DNA of 20,398 nt from an uncultured bacterium (GCA_963977015.1 CAXBMO010000046.1:1-20398); one strand, 5' to 3'. Shown: positions 1 to 10,279, numbered from the stretch's first letter. The notes: a model not told the origin generated them from the sequence alone. Numbers and translations are program-made.

Positions 1-239
1 GGGTAGCGCAGAACTTCAGTTTTCAAGTGTCCATTTTTCGGGAAACAGGTCAGAAAGTCGCGAGAAAATTTCCCTCTGTGAAGGTGAATTCAATAGTTGG
101 CATTTTTCTGACTGCTAACCTTCAGTTCAGAATAGGTCGCCTCTTTCCAACGCCTCCTCATTGCGACTCAGAATAGCTCAACCCTGTTCATAGTCCAGGT
201 CGACTCACGCCACATCGAAGCTAGGAAATGCAAACAATT

Positions 240-485
240 TTAGTCCAAATGAAGCGGGCCACGCGTCCTTTTGGCTCCAAATCGCTGATCTCTATTTAAA
301 CCTTTTCCCTGTGCAAACTCCTTATCTTCATCCTGAATACGATCAAGGTTCTCTTTTAGCACACGCTGCCGTTCACCCGCACGTTTGGATGACCAACCAA
401 AGTAGCCACCCTGAGTTGGATCGCTAGTCTGGCAACCCGTAAGCATCAATCCAACGATTGCGCAAGTGACTGTGGAGACTTTCAT
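240..485 (-). CDS. Small putative lipoprotein (81 aa), function unknown
   Basis: ATG start; N-terminus MKVSTVTCAIVGLMLTG|C has a basic residue, hydrophobic core and lipobox LTGC; divergent from htpG; in an AT-richer stretch. Confidence 0.5.
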   Translation of the reverse strand: MKVSTVTCAIVGLMLTGCQTSDPTQGGYFGWSSKRAGERQRVLKENLDRIQDEDKEFAQGKGLNRDQRFGAKRTRGPLHLD

Positions 486-571
486 TTGTCTCAGTATTTA
501 TCGGCGGAGACTAGAGTCAAGAGCAGCTTTAGGTGTCGCCAGGATCCTGATTTTTGCCTCAACGCGAGCAG

Positions 572-599
572 TTGACGTTTGCGAGAGCGTGGCTATGAT
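572..599 (+). promoter_or_regulatory. Candidate sigma-70-type promoter of htpG
   Basis: TTGACG (572-577), 16-nt spacer, TATGAT (594-599), about 125 nt upstream of the htpG ATG. Confidence 0.45.
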
Positions 600-723
600 C
601 CCAACCGATTTTTACCCGGAGTGTTTTTGGGGTGTGGCCGTCGCGGAATCAAGATGTTCTGGTCAGGCGACGCTCTGCTCCCCTCGCTTCAACTCACCTT
701 TTAATACCCAATACCAATCCAAA

Positions 724-2586
724 ATGTCTGACGAAACCGAACAACAGCAACCGTTTCAGGCCGAAGTCCAGCAATTGCTCGACATCGTCATTAACTCGCT
801 CTACACGGACAAGGAAATTTTCGTTCGTGAGTTGGTATCGAATGCGTCTGATGCGCTGGAAAAACTCCGCCATTTGCAACTGACCGAGAAGGAAATTTTC
901 GATCACGATCTGCCATTGGAGATCAATATCACGACCGACGACACGGCGAAAACCATCACGATTTCGGATTACGGAATCGGGATGACCCGCGATGAGTTGG
1001 TTGAGAACATCGGTACGATCGCCCACTCCGGTTCGAAGCAGTTTTTGAAGGCGATGAACGAGGATGCGAAGAAGGAGTCTTCGTTGATCGGTCAGTTTGG
1101 GGTCGGCTTTTACAGCGCGTTCATGGTGGCGAAGGAGGTGAAGGTTTACACGCACAGCTGGAGGAATGACGGCGAGCATCTCGTCTGGATCAGCGACGGG
1201 AAAACCGGTTACACGATCGAGGAAGCCCCCGGTCAACGGCGCGGCTGCAAGATCGTGGTCGAACTGCGCGACAACGAGGAAGACCACGATTACGGGCAGT
1301 TTTCGACCTCCAGCGTGATCAAGGGAATCCTGGAGAAGTATTCCAATTTCGTTCCGTTCCCGATCAATCTGAACGGCGAGCGGATCAATACGGTGGAGGC
1401 CATCTGGCTGAAGCCGAAGAAAGAGGTTACCGACGAGCAATACACCGAGTTCTACAAGTTCGTGGCGCATGCTTGGGATGAGCCGCGCTTCAAAATGCAT
1501 TTCCAGGCGGATTCGCCGATTGTGATCAACTCGCTCCTCTTTGTGCCGTCCGAGAACAAGGAGAAGTGGGGCATGGGCCAGCAGGAGCCGCACGTGGCGC
1601 TGTATTGCAAGAAGGTGCTGATCGATCCGAACCCGAAGGCGTTGCTGCCGGAATGGCTGCGGTTCCTGGGTGGGGTGATTGACAGTGCGGACCTACCGCT
1701 GAACATCAGCCGCGAAAGCATGCAGGACAGCGCGCTGATTCAGAAGCTGAACCGCGTGGTGACGAAACGCTTTTTGCGGGACCTGGGCAAGGAAGCCCAG
1801 AGCGATGGCGACAAGTACATGGAGTTTTACAAGGAATTCCGCCGCTTCATCAAGGAAGGGATCGCGACCGATCCCGAGCATCAGGAATCGCTCGCCAAGC
1901 TACTGCGTTTTGAGTCTTCCATGACGGAACCCGGCGAGTTCACCAGCTTGTCGGACTACCTGACCCGCGCCAAAGACGGCCAGGAGAAGATCTATTACCT
2001 GGTCGGCAACGATCGAGAGACGATCGAGCAAGGGCCGTATCTCGAGGCGTTCAAAGCGCGCGGACTCGAAGTGATCTACTTCGACGAGCCGATTGACGAA
2101 TACGTCGTTTCCTCGCTTCAGAAGTTCGACGAAAAGGATCTGGTTTCAGCCGCGCAGGCGGATTTGGATCTGGGAGACGCACCGGAAGCGGAAGGCGAAG
2201 CCTTGAGCGACGAAGACGCGACCAAGTTGTGTGAGTTCCTCACGGAGACACTTGGCGATGCTGTCGAGAAGGTCGAAGTCGGCAAGCGATTGGTCGATTC
2301 ACCCGTTGCCGCGATGAATCCGGAAGGCCAGATGTCGCCCCAGGTTCGCGAAATGCTGAAGGCAATGAATCAGGCCGGCGCCAGCCCGATGAAGGTGCAG
2401 CTGGAGATCAATCCACGTCACGAGCTGATCAAGAATCTTGCTGCAAAGCACGAGTCCAATCCCGAGCTCGCCAAGTTGGCCGCTCAGCAGTTGCTGGACA
2501 GCGCGTTGTTGGCCGCAGGATTGCTCGACAGCCAGATGCCGTTGCTGAAACGCGGATACGACATCCTCAAAGAGGCGCTGAAGTAA
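724..2586 (+). CDS. htpG: Molecular chaperone HtpG (Hsp90), about 620 aa
   Basis: Hsp90 signatures FQAEV, NSLYTDKEIFVRELVSNASDALEK, D-G-GMT, GTIAHSG, IGQFGVGFYSAF, GVIDSADLPLNISRE, LEINP-H. True start is most likely ATG 724 (MSDETEQ); the 86 codons upstream in the ORF track are not Hsp90-like. Confidence 0.97.
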   Translation: MSDETEQQQPFQAEVQQLLDIVINSLYTDKEIFVRELVSNASDALEKLRHLQLTEKEIFDHDLPLEINITTDDTAKTITISDYGIGMTRDELVENIGTIAHSGSKQFLKAMNEDAKKESSLIGQFGVGFYSAFMVAKEVKVYTHSWRNDGEHLVWISDGKTGYTIEEAPGQRRGCKIVVELRDNEEDHDYGQFSTSSVIKGILEKYSNFVPFPINLNGERINTVEAIWLKPKKEVTDEQYTEFYKFVAHAWDEPRFKMHFQADSPIVINSLLFVPSENKEKWGMGQQEPHVALYCKKVLIDPNPKALLPEWLRFLGGVIDSADLPLNISRESMQDSALIQKLNRVVTKRFLRDLGKEAQSDGDKYMEFYKEFRRFIKEGIATDPEHQESLAKLLRFESSMTEPGEFTSLSDYLTRAKDGQEKIYYLVGNDRETIEQGPYLEAFKARGLEVIYFDEPIDEYVVSSLQKFDEKDLVSAAQADLDLGDAPEAEGEALSDEDATKLCEFLTETLGDAVEKVEVGKRLVDSPVAAMNPEGQMSPQVREMLKAMNQAGASPMKVQLEINPRHELIKNLAAKHESNPELAKLAAQQLLDSALLAAGLLDSQMPLLKRGYDILKEALK

Positions 2587-2596
2587 GGATTCGGCG

Positions 2597-3127
2597 TCAG
2601 GACGCTTTCGGAATCTCCAGAATCGGGTCAATCCATTCTTTGGCAATGCGCTTGCCCAAAGATTGGGTTCGCTCGATCACGAGAGAAGGACGATTTTCCT
2701 GATCGAATGCCTGAATCAGCCCGATCGAGTCGAGGAACCAGCCCGCGCGGCCGTAAATGCCTTTGAATTCGCCGGATTGATCGACCTTGAGGACAAAAGG
2801 CGTCCCTTTGTCGCATCCGAACAGGGGAGAGCTTTCGCGGGTCGTATGAAACTGGATGGAGTTGATGTGCTTGCCGCTTCGGCCGGTGATTCCGATCAAT
2901 TTGTCGCGTTCACCAAGGCGGTATTGAATCCGGTTTCCGCCGACTCCGCCGACGAAGGGAAGCAAGCCGGGGGTTTCCGTTCGGTCCATCGTTTCGAGTT
3001 GGAGGCCGTCAATGACGTCGCCGGCATGAATATAGATGGAGGAGAGGCGCGTTCCCTTGGGAATGAGATAGGCTCCGAAGATTTGCCCGCCAGCACCGCC
3101 GGCAAGACGAGTCCTTTTCAGTTTCAT
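2597..3127 (-). CDS. Jacalin-like (beta-prism) lectin domain protein
   Basis: Three-fold repeat typical of jacalins: AGGAGG...IDGLQL, VGGVGG...LIGITGRSG...INSIQFHT, FKGIYGRAGWFLDSIG; ATG at 3127 (TTG 3130 alternative); no signal peptide. Confidence 0.75.
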   Translation of the reverse strand: MKLKRTRLAGGAGGQIFGAYLIPKGTRLSSIYIHAGDVIDGLQLETMDRTETPGLLPFVGGVGGNRIQYRLGERDKLIGITGRSGKHINSIQFHTTRESSPLFGCDKGTPFVLKVDQSGEFKGIYGRAGWFLDSIGLIQAFDQENRPSLVIERTQSLGKRIAKEWIDPILEIPKAS

Positions 3128-3295
3128 CAATGAATTGGGTTAGTGGTCTTTTGGATTTGGGCGTGTCAGGGGGATGAGTCGTTAAATTTAACTAATTAAA
3201 GATACCTCGCAAGATTGATATTCAATTTTTCTTAAATTTGACAAATCGGTGGATTCCTTGAGCAAATCCGGAACTCGAGTGTCCATTGTCACCCA

Positions 3296-5650
3296 ATGAC
3301 GCGATTGATTCGAACCTCCCTCCTCCCAACCTGGGTTTTAGCCCTGACCGTCACGCTTTCGGCACCAGCCTTCGCGGCCGATGAATCGGCGTTTATCCGT
3401 GATATTGAGCCACTTTTGATCGATTACTGTTTCGACTGCCACGGTGACGGCGCAGACAAGGGAGGCATTACGTTGGACGACTACGCATCGCTTGAGGAAC
3501 ACTTCACCGATCATGAATTGTGGGAACGGGTCTGGCACAATATGCGGTCGCAGCTGATGCCTCCCAGTGAGAAAAGCCAACCTACGGCCGAGGAATCCGC
3601 CAAGCTGACGGCCTGGATTGAGCGCGAAGTCTTTAAAATGGACTCCGAAAATCCGGATCCGGGCCGGGTCACGCTTCGAAGGCTGAATCGCGAGGAGTAT
3701 CGCCATTCGGTGAAGGACCTGCTCGGGGTTGATTATGATGTGGACGACAACTTCCCGCCGGACGACACCGGATACGGATTCGATACGATCGGGGATGTGC
3801 TGACGTTGTCGCCGCTGCTGATGGAAAAGTATCTGGATGCGGCGCAGAAAGTCGCGAAAGCCGCGCTTCCCTTGGAATCCGGTCAAATCCCCAGGAAATA
3901 CCTCACGGGTTCTGATTTCAAACAGGCATCGAATCCAAAGATCACGTCCAACTACATGCCTTTTGACAAGGACCGAACCGTGACTGCGAAAACGTGGGTG
4001 CCTCACGATGGCCGCTACAAAGTGGTCGTGGATATGGAAGTTCGCGGCTCCGATGAAGCCACGGAAAACACCGCCACCTTCACGATGGACATCAATGGGA
4101 AGAAGGCGAATCAGCGAGACCTGGGCTGGGATCCCGGCAAGCACGTCTACATGGGTGCTGAGCGGGATTTCAAGAAAGGCGAAGCGCAATTCACCCTGAC
4201 GGTGACGCCCAAAGACCCTCCGGAAGAAGGGGAAAACCCACTCTATGTGAAGGTTCACAAGTTTCGATTGGAAGGGCCGCTCGATGGCTCGGTAAAGGAG
4301 TTTTCGCCCGCTTACAATCGAATCATGGTCAACGGCCCGCCACCGCATTGGGAAGATGGTGAAGGCCGCCAGAAATACGCGATCGTGATTCTGCGAAACC
4401 TGGCCAGCCGTGCGTTTCGACGTCCGGTGAGTGACGAAGATCTTGGCAAATTGGTGAAGATTGCGTTGTTTACCGACAGCCAGCCCAACACAAGCTTTGA
4501 AGAAGGGATCCGCCAGTCCATCGCTGCGATTTTGGCCTCACCGAGTTTCCTCTTCCGCGCCGAAGCTCAGCCTCAGCCCAATGATCCCGGCAAAGTCGTC
4601 ACCTTGGATGAATTCGCGCTCGCCTCACGCCTCTCCTACTTTCTCTGGAGCAGCCTACCGGATTACGAACTCTACTCGCTCGCCTCGCGCGGGGAGTTGC
4701 GAAAGAATCTGAAATCGCAGGTGGACCGCATGCTGGATGATCCGAAGTCGGAGCGGTTTTCGCGAAATTTCGTCGGTCAATGGCTGCAGGCAAGGGACGT
4801 TCCGACGATCAATGTCAATCCCAAGTATGTGCTTCGCCTGCGCTCCAACACGGACGCCTACAAGGTCTTCAATCGCTCGCTTCGTCAGGACATGAAGCGG
4901 GAGACGGAACTCTTTTTTCACCACATCCTCACGCAAAACCGCCCGGCCACCGAGCTGTTGACGGCAAACTACACCTTCCTCAACAATCGATTGGCCGAGT
5001 TTTACGAGATCGAGGGAGTTGAAGGATCGCACTTGCGGAAAGTGGACGTTCCGAAGGAAAGCCATCGCGGCGGCATTCTGCAGCAGGCAACCTTTCACGT
5101 CGTCACCTCAAACCCTTCCCGGACTTCCCCCGTCAAACGCGGATTGTTCGTGCTGGAGAATCTCCTCGCGACACCGGCTCCACCCGCTCCGCCAGACGTT
5201 CCCGAGTTGGAAGCGGTCAAGAAGCAAACCTCGGGCCGGCCCACGATGCGCGAGATGATGGAGATTCATCGCGAGAAGCCGATTTGTGCCGGCTGCCATG
5301 CGCGAATGGATCCCATCGGCCTGGCGTTCGAGAACTTCAACGCCTTGGGAATGTGGCGTGACGACGAAAATGGGAAGCCGATCGACACGGCCGGCAAACT
5401 GATCACGGGAGAGACCTTTTCGACGCCGGCGGAACTGGCCCAGGTGCTGGCGACCGAACGCAAGACGGACTTCTATCGATGCCTTGCCGAGAAAATGCTA
5501 ACCTACTCACTGGGGCGCGGTGTTGAATACTACGATGCGCCGACCATTGACGGGATTGCAGCCAAGCTGAGCAAAGGCGGCAGCCTTCGAGAGCTCATTC
5601 ACGGCGTTGTCGAAAGCGCACCGTTCCAGAAACGGCGCGGTGACGGATAG
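3296..5650 (+). CDS. DUF1592/DUF1588/DUF1587-family (planctomycete cytochrome c / PSD domain) exported protein, 784 aa
   Basis: Signal peptide ending AFA|A; CFDCH and CAGCH heme-c motifs; MPP; RRLNREEY; GYGFDTIG; FALASRLSYFLWSSLPD; RGGIL; TSPVKRG; DPIGLAFENF; YSLGRG. Confidence 0.9.
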   Translation: MTRLIRTSLLPTWVLALTVTLSAPAFAADESAFIRDIEPLLIDYCFDCHGDGADKGGITLDDYASLEEHFTDHELWERVWHNMRSQLMPPSEKSQPTAEESAKLTAWIEREVFKMDSENPDPGRVTLRRLNREEYRHSVKDLLGVDYDVDDNFPPDDTGYGFDTIGDVLTLSPLLMEKYLDAAQKVAKAALPLESGQIPRKYLTGSDFKQASNPKITSNYMPFDKDRTVTAKTWVPHDGRYKVVVDMEVRGSDEATENTATFTMDINGKKANQRDLGWDPGKHVYMGAERDFKKGEAQFTLTVTPKDPPEEGENPLYVKVHKFRLEGPLDGSVKEFSPAYNRIMVNGPPPHWEDGEGRQKYAIVILRNLASRAFRRPVSDEDLGKLVKIALFTDSQPNTSFEEGIRQSIAAILASPSFLFRAEAQPQPNDPGKVVTLDEFALASRLSYFLWSSLPDYELYSLASRGELRKNLKSQVDRMLDDPKSERFSRNFVGQWLQARDVPTINVNPKYVLRLRSNTDAYKVFNRSLRQDMKRETELFFHHILTQNRPATELLTANYTFLNNRLAEFYEIEGVEGSHLRKVDVPKESHRGGILQQATFHVVTSNPSRTSPVKRGLFVLENLLATPAPPAPPDVPELEAVKKQTSGRPTMREMMEIHREKPICAGCHARMDPIGLAFENFNALGMWRDDENGKPIDTAGKLITGETFSTPAELAQVLATERKTDFYRCLAEKMLTYSLGRGVEYYDAPTIDGIAAKLSKGGSLRELIHGVVESAPFQKRRGDG

Positions 5651-5660
5651 GCCAAGCCAA

Positions 5661-6629
5661 CTACAAATCGAAATTGAGATAAATCTCGTAGGGATCGCTT
5701 TGAACCGAAGAAGGCAGAGCCGGAACATTCCGCACGGCCGATAACGCGGTCGCGACGGTTTCGTTCATTTGTGGATGATCGGACGACTGCACGATTTGCG
5801 CGCTGAGAATTCGGCCATCCCGGGCGATTGCGACCCGGGCTTTGACGCGATACTTCTTTCCGGCGGTCATGATCGAGCGGGGCTGAGCCCAATTTGAGCG
5901 AAACGCGGATTGCACGATGAAATGGTAGTCGTTGAGGCTTTGCCCGGAATTGCCCGCAGTTCCCTCGGTGGAAGCCGTCATGCCTGACGAACCTGTGGTT
6001 GCCGGTTTGGGGGCCGGCTCGGGCGTTGGAACCGGCGGATCTGGCTTGGGCTCCGTTTTGACGATGGGCGTCGGCTTGATGGGTTGCGGCTTGGGAGCAG
6101 GCGTCAGTTTGACCGGCTCAACCTTCGGCTCAGCTTTTGGCTTTGGCGCGGGCTTGAGTTCGACGACCGGCTTGGGTTTCGGTTGAGGTTTCGGAGTCGG
6201 CTTGGGCTCGATTTTCGTCAACTTGGGCCGGGGTGGTGTCGGTTTCGGCTCCGGTTTCGGAATGGGCTTGAGGCGATTCAACGCCAGATTCTTGGGTGGT
6301 TCCGGCTTTACCTCAGGCTCTTCAGGTTTCGGTTCCGGCTCGGGAGTTTTCTCTTTCGGCTTGGGAAGCGGGATCTCACTTTCGGGTTCATGTTCCGCTT
6401 CCGCCTCTGAATCCTGAGCCTCGGCCTGACGTGTCATCTGGTCGACATCCATTTCCAACCAATGCGCGTTCTGCAATTCGACCAGCTCCGGCGCGGGAGC
6501 AAGCTCGGCCAGGGGTTCCGACATGGGCGGGTGCTTTCTGAAAAACAGGAACAGCCCGAGAAACAGCAGTGCATGCAGGATCGCAGTAACGATGACGCAC
6601 AGGGCGAAGTTTGGACCGAGCCGGTTCAT
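5661..6629 (-). CDS. TonB/TolA-family energy transducer (322 aa)
   Basis: N-terminal TM helix with conserved His (ILHALL), long Pro/Lys/Glu-rich linker, C-terminal TonB_C/TolA-like domain (W-P...V-IARDGRI...SS...ET...A); ATGA overlap with exbD. Confidence 0.85.
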   Translation of the reverse strand: MNRLGPNFALCVIVTAILHALLFLGLFLFFRKHPPMSEPLAELAPAPELVELQNAHWLEMDVDQMTRQAEAQDSEAEAEHEPESEIPLPKPKEKTPEPEPKPEEPEVKPEPPKNLALNRLKPIPKPEPKPTPPRPKLTKIEPKPTPKPQPKPKPVVELKPAPKPKAEPKVEPVKLTPAPKPQPIKPTPIVKTEPKPDPPVPTPEPAPKPATTGSSGMTASTEGTAGNSGQSLNDYHFIVQSAFRSNWAQPRSIMTAGKKYRVKARVAIARDGRILSAQIVQSSDHPQMNETVATALSAVRNVPALPSSVQSDPYEIYLNFDL

Positions 6630-7051
6630 GAATTCTCGCCAGCCTTGGTCATGACCCCGACTTTGCTGATGCCGACATTCTTGGCCACATCCATCACCGA
6701 AACGAGATCTTCCACCGTCAGCTTTCGGTCAGCCTTGATCAGCACCGCCATTTCCGGGTCGGAGCGAAAGCTCTGGCCCAGCCGGGACTTCAGCTGACTC
6801 ATCGTGACCAACTCCTTGCCGAGATAAATTTGCTGGGTCCGGGTGATGGAAACCGTCGTCACCTGGTCCTCGCGAACCGCTTCGCGAGACGCCCGGCTCG
6901 TCGGGATGATCAAATCCGCGCTCTCGGCCAGAAACGGCGCGGTGATCATGAAGATGATGAGCAGCACGAACGCGAGATCGAGCAACGGGGTAATGTTCAG
7001 CTCGGAGAGCGTCCCCATTTCGGTTGGCTGGTTTTGAGAAGATCGGCGCAT
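6626..7051 (-). CDS. exbD: Biopolymer transporter ExbD/TolR
   Basis: [25 protein letters not shown] motif; periplasmic VLIKAD...VMD...G; lies between the ExbB-like and TonB-like genes. Confidence 0.92.
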   Translation of the reverse strand: MRRSSQNQPTEMGTLSELNITPLLDLAFVLLIIFMITAPFLAESADLIIPTSRASREAVREDQVTTVSITRTQQIYLGKELVTMSQLKSRLGQSFRSDPEMAVLIKADRKLTVEDLVSVMDVAKNVGISKVGVMTKAGENS

Positions 7052-7091
7052 CGGTCAGTTCCAATTCCTGGTCAATCGACAAATCGTTCGC

Positions 7092-8042
7092 TCAGACGGG
7101 CCGGCGACGCGGACGGCGAGCCTGCTGCGCAATCGGGTTGATGGGAGGGCCTCCCTCTTCGCGGGCTTGGGAAGGAGGCGGAAAGGATTCGTTCGCCACC
7201 GGGCCCGTCGCAGGTTGAGCGTTAAACCCGGTCGATGCCGCCGGTTGCTCGTAATGGGGTTGGGAAGCTGCCGGGGCCGCATTTCCCTGACGAGCCAGGG
7301 CATAGTAATCGACAAACTGGCGTTCGAGCATCGCGCCCAGCTCCGCCGCAAAATTGTGCATCTCCAGGATCAGGGTCCGGATCTTGTTGATCAGGAAGTT
7401 GTAGCCAAACATTGCCGGAATCGCGACGAGCAGGGCCACCACGGTGGTGACCAGCGCAGCCGCAACTCCCGGCGCCATCAGCTTGATGCTCGCCGACGCA
7501 CCGCTGCTCGCGACACGGCTGAACACCTCCATCACTCCCCAGACGGTTCCGAGCAGTCCCAGAAAGGGCGCACCACTCACGGCCGTGGCCAAAAACGTCA
7601 TTCGCCGCTCCAGAAACAGAACCATCTCGCCAATCGTGCGATCCATCGCCATTCTCACCGTTTCCATTTGTGGCGGCGTCAGGGCACCGGCATTCGCCAT
7701 CCGGGCATGCGTCGTATCGTCAACTTCGCCAGTTCCGATCAATTGCATCGACAACTCGCGGCAGGCCGCCCGATACACGAGAAAGAGGGGCGCCCCGGCC
7801 ACCGAAAACTTTCGCAGGTGAGGCTCCATCGCGTTCGAAGCCTGGCGGAAGCCATGAACAAACTTGTAATTCTGCCGCGCGACTTTGGCCGTCATCGAGA
7901 GCTTGCTGAACATGACCGACCAGCTAATGACCGAAAGCGCCAGGAGAATGCCGGAAATGATCACCCCCGGTAAATGCGCTTGCTGGAAGGCGTAGGAGAA
8001 CCCTTCGGTCCCCCAGTCCAATTTGGCTAATGGGATATTCAC
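7092..8042 (-). CDS. MotA/TolQ/ExbB proton channel family protein
   Basis: LATAVSGAPFLGLLGTVWGVM and APGVAAALVTT...VAIPA..GYN motifs; GTG start; disordered C-terminal tail. Confidence 0.92.
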   Translation of the reverse strand: MNIPLAKLDWGTEGFSYAFQQAHLPGVIISGILLALSVISWSVMFSKLSMTAKVARQNYKFVHGFRQASNAMEPHLRKFSVAGAPLFLVYRAACRELSMQLIGTGEVDDTTHARMANAGALTPPQMETVRMAMDRTIGEMVLFLERRMTFLATAVSGAPFLGLLGTVWGVMEVFSRVASSGASASIKLMAPGVAAALVTTVVALLVAIPAMFGYNFLINKIRTLILEMHNFAAELGAMLERQFVDYYALARQGNAAPAASQPHYEQPAASTGFNAQPATGPVANESFPPPSQAREEGGPPINPIAQQARRPRRRPV

Positions 8043-8282
8043 AATGGCGGAGTGAGGGAGGATCTACAATGAACGTGAGGGACAATTGGCAGGGAATCTG
8101 AATTCCTCATCTTTATCTGACCCCTGCCAGATTTCAATATTCATTAAGCAAAGTCCCGAATCAACCGGCTGTATTGTTGAAATAGTGAGAAATACGCAAA
8201 GAAACCGGAAAACATGCTTCAAATTTGACGATTGACGGCGCTTGCAAGGTTGACGCAAAGTACTGTAGAGTCCCGACGAAAC

Positions 8283-8744
8283 ATGGCCAACGCACACAAA
8301 ATTAGCCTTGTCGCAACCTTGGCATTGATGATGCCGGGATGTGCTGCGCTTGATGTGCTGAAGTTGCCGCTCACGGCAACCGCCGGCCTCTTCAGCAGCC
8401 TAGTTCCATCGGGTGGAGAGAAGAAAGACGCGAAGGCCGACAAAAAGAAAACGGAGGAGGAGTCGGAACCGCAAAAACTGGTCGGCACGGTTCGTTTCAG
8501 TTACGAGGACTTTGTCCTGATCTACTCCCCCACCAACGCATCCGTTCCTCCCGGGACTCCGTTGACCACCGTCAACAAGGAGGGCATCCCTCAGTCTGTG
8601 AAGTTGAAAATGAGTGCCGAGCGCAAGGGATCGTTTCTTGTCGCCGATGTGGTGAAGGGCAACCCAAAATCCGGACACCTTGTCGTGACGGATCCCAAGG
8701 CCGCCTCTGCGTCCCAACAAAGCGAGTATCAGGTGCTGGATTAG
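8283..8744 (+). CDS. Putative lipoprotein (about 153 aa), function unknown
   Basis: ATG 8283, MANAHKISLVATLALMMPG|C lipobox-like; stop TAG abuts the moeA ATG (TAGATG). Confidence 0.65.
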   Translation: MANAHKISLVATLALMMPGCAALDVLKLPLTATAGLFSSLVPSGGEKKDAKADKKKTEEESEPQKLVGTVRFSYEDFVLIYSPTNASVPPGTPLTTVNKEGIPQSVKLKMSAERKGSFLVADVVKGNPKSGHLVVTDPKAASASQQSEYQVLD

Positions 8745-9959
8745 ATGCTGGAGGAAGCCGAAGCGCGATCGCGCATTCTTGAAGCCACTTCACTGGGAGA
8801 GATCGAGGACATTGCCCTGGGCGAAGCTCTCGGGAGATTTTCCGCCCGCGACATCCTCGCCACCACCGCGCTCCCCGGCTTCGACAATTCTCAAATGGAT
8901 GGCTATGCCGTTCGCGCCGCCGAAGCACAGAAGGACGCCGAATTGACGCTCGTTGGCGAGCAACCCGCCGGCCCGCGAATCCCGCTCACCGTCAACCCAG
9001 GCGAAGCCGTCCGAATTTTCACCGGAGCCCCCATGCCAGCCGGGGCCGATGCGGTCGTCATGCAGGAAGACGTCGATCGGATCGATGAAACCCGCATTCG
9101 CATCAACGAGTCGGCCGAACCCGGAGAATTTGTCCGCCGCGAAGGTTCGGACCTCTGTGCGGGCCAGAAAATCCTTTGTCAAGGCGACCGCCTCAATCCC
9201 GCCCGGATTGGTGTTCTTGCCTCGCAGGGGCTGGCCCAGATCCCGGTCAGAAAACAGCCGCGCTGCGCCATCGTTACCACCGGCGACGAACTCGTCGCTC
9301 CGGGAACCGAGCTCGCCGAAGGTTCCATCTACAACAGCAATGGTCCCATGCTCTCCGGTTTGGTGCGGCAATTCGGCGCAGGTGAGGTCACCGTCTTTCA
9401 CGCGCCCGATCAACCGGAAACGCTGAAGTCCATACTCGAGCAGGCGATTCAAGCCAGCGACATTTGCCTCATCGCCGGCGGAGTTTCGGTTGGCGAACAC
9501 GATCACGTCAAAGATCAGCTCGCCGCGCTCGACGTTTCCGGCGGATTCTGGCGCGTCCGCATCAAACCCGGCAAGCCGCTCTTTTTCGGTCAGAAAGCCG
9601 GGAAACTCGTGTTCGGCCTTCCCGGCAATCCCGTTTCCGCCTACATCACCTTCTTGCTCTTTGCCCTCCCCGTCCTCCGCAAATGGCAGGGAATGACGGT
9701 TTCCGCCGACGCTCCTCCCCTTCCGCGGGTCACCGCAAAACTCGAAGGCGACGCCATCAACGATCGCGGGGATCGCCCCCATTATCTGCGCGGCTGGCTG
9801 GACCTGGACGCCCTCACCTTCCGCCCGCTCGGCCTCCAGCAATCCCACGCCCTCTTCGCCCTCAGCCGCACCAACGCCCTCGTTCGCGTCGATCCCCAGC
9901 AAACTCTCCGCGCCGGAGATACCGCCCGCTGCTTCCTCGTCGCAGAAACCCTCAGCTAA
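8745..9959 (+). CDS. moeA: Molybdopterin molybdotransferase MoeA (gephyrin-like Glp)
   Basis: FDNSQMDGYAV, RIFTGAPMP-GADAVVMQE, TTGDEL, GGVSVG, IKPGKP, GLPGNPVS motifs. Confidence 0.96.
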   Translation: MLEEAEARSRILEATSLGEIEDIALGEALGRFSARDILATTALPGFDNSQMDGYAVRAAEAQKDAELTLVGEQPAGPRIPLTVNPGEAVRIFTGAPMPAGADAVVMQEDVDRIDETRIRINESAEPGEFVRREGSDLCAGQKILCQGDRLNPARIGVLASQGLAQIPVRKQPRCAIVTTGDELVAPGTELAEGSIYNSNGPMLSGLVRQFGAGEVTVFHAPDQPETLKSILEQAIQASDICLIAGGVSVGEHDHVKDQLAALDVSGGFWRVRIKPGKPLFFGQKAGKLVFGLPGNPVSAYITFLLFALPVLRKWQGMTVSADAPPLPRVTAKLEGDAINDRGDRPHYLRGWLDLDALTFRPLGLQQSHALFALSRTNALVRVDPQQTLRAGDTARCFLVAETLS

Positions 9960-10014
9960 GCGTGAAAAACACTTGCAGGGTGATCGTGATAAGCCATTTT
10001 ACCGGCCCGTTTCT

Positions 10015-10086
10015 GCACGGATAGCTCAGCGGTAGAGCATCTGGTTTACACCCAGGCGGTCGGGGGTTCAAATCCCTCTCCGTGCA
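10015..10086 (+). tRNA. tRNA-Val (anticodon TAC), CCA not encoded
   Basis: Acceptor stem GCACGGA/TCCGTGC plus discriminator A; D arm GCTC-AGCGGTA-GAGC; anticodon arm TCTGG-TT TAC AC-CCAGG; T arm GGGGG-TTCAAAT-CCCTC. Confidence 0.96.
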
Positions 10087-10247
10087 CGTTTTTTTCTCTG
10101 GGGCAACCACCGCATCTCAACGGGTTGACGGCTCTCGAGTCTACAAGGCCTCCACCAACATTCGGGGACGGCTGTTTTTGCGCCCAAGGCAATTCCACAA
10201 GGGGGCAGACGTTGGAGCGATGAAGAGCATCCTCTAACGCCCAAACG

Positions 10248-10279
10248 AAAAAAGGCGATCTGAAATTCAGACCGCCTTT
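10248..10279 (-). terminator. Rho-independent terminator of the left YRG gene pair
   Basis: Minus strand reads AAAGGCGGTCTGAATTTCAGATCGCC-TTTTTT: long stem followed by a U6 tract, about 36 nt downstream of the stop at 10316. Confidence 0.8.

Noticed and set aside
466-723. 86-aa N-terminal extension of HtpG in the ORF track
   Set aside because: Not Hsp90-like, overlaps the divergent ORF and contains the candidate promoter; ATG 724 fits the family start.
486-723. CIRCE (HrcA) operator upstream of htpG
   Set aside because: No TTAGCACTC-N9-GAGTGCTAA match found.
5990-6400. Repetitive Pro/Lys/Glu-coding sequence and overlapping plus-strand Gly-rich ORFs
   Set aside because: Ordinary TonB/TolA proline-rich linker; the opposite-strand ORFs are its shadows.
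8790-9902. Long antisense ORFs (370 aa here; also 694-1593, 3338-4348, 7167-7973)
   Set aside because: Antisense shadows of well-supported GC-rich genes with no recognisable motifs.
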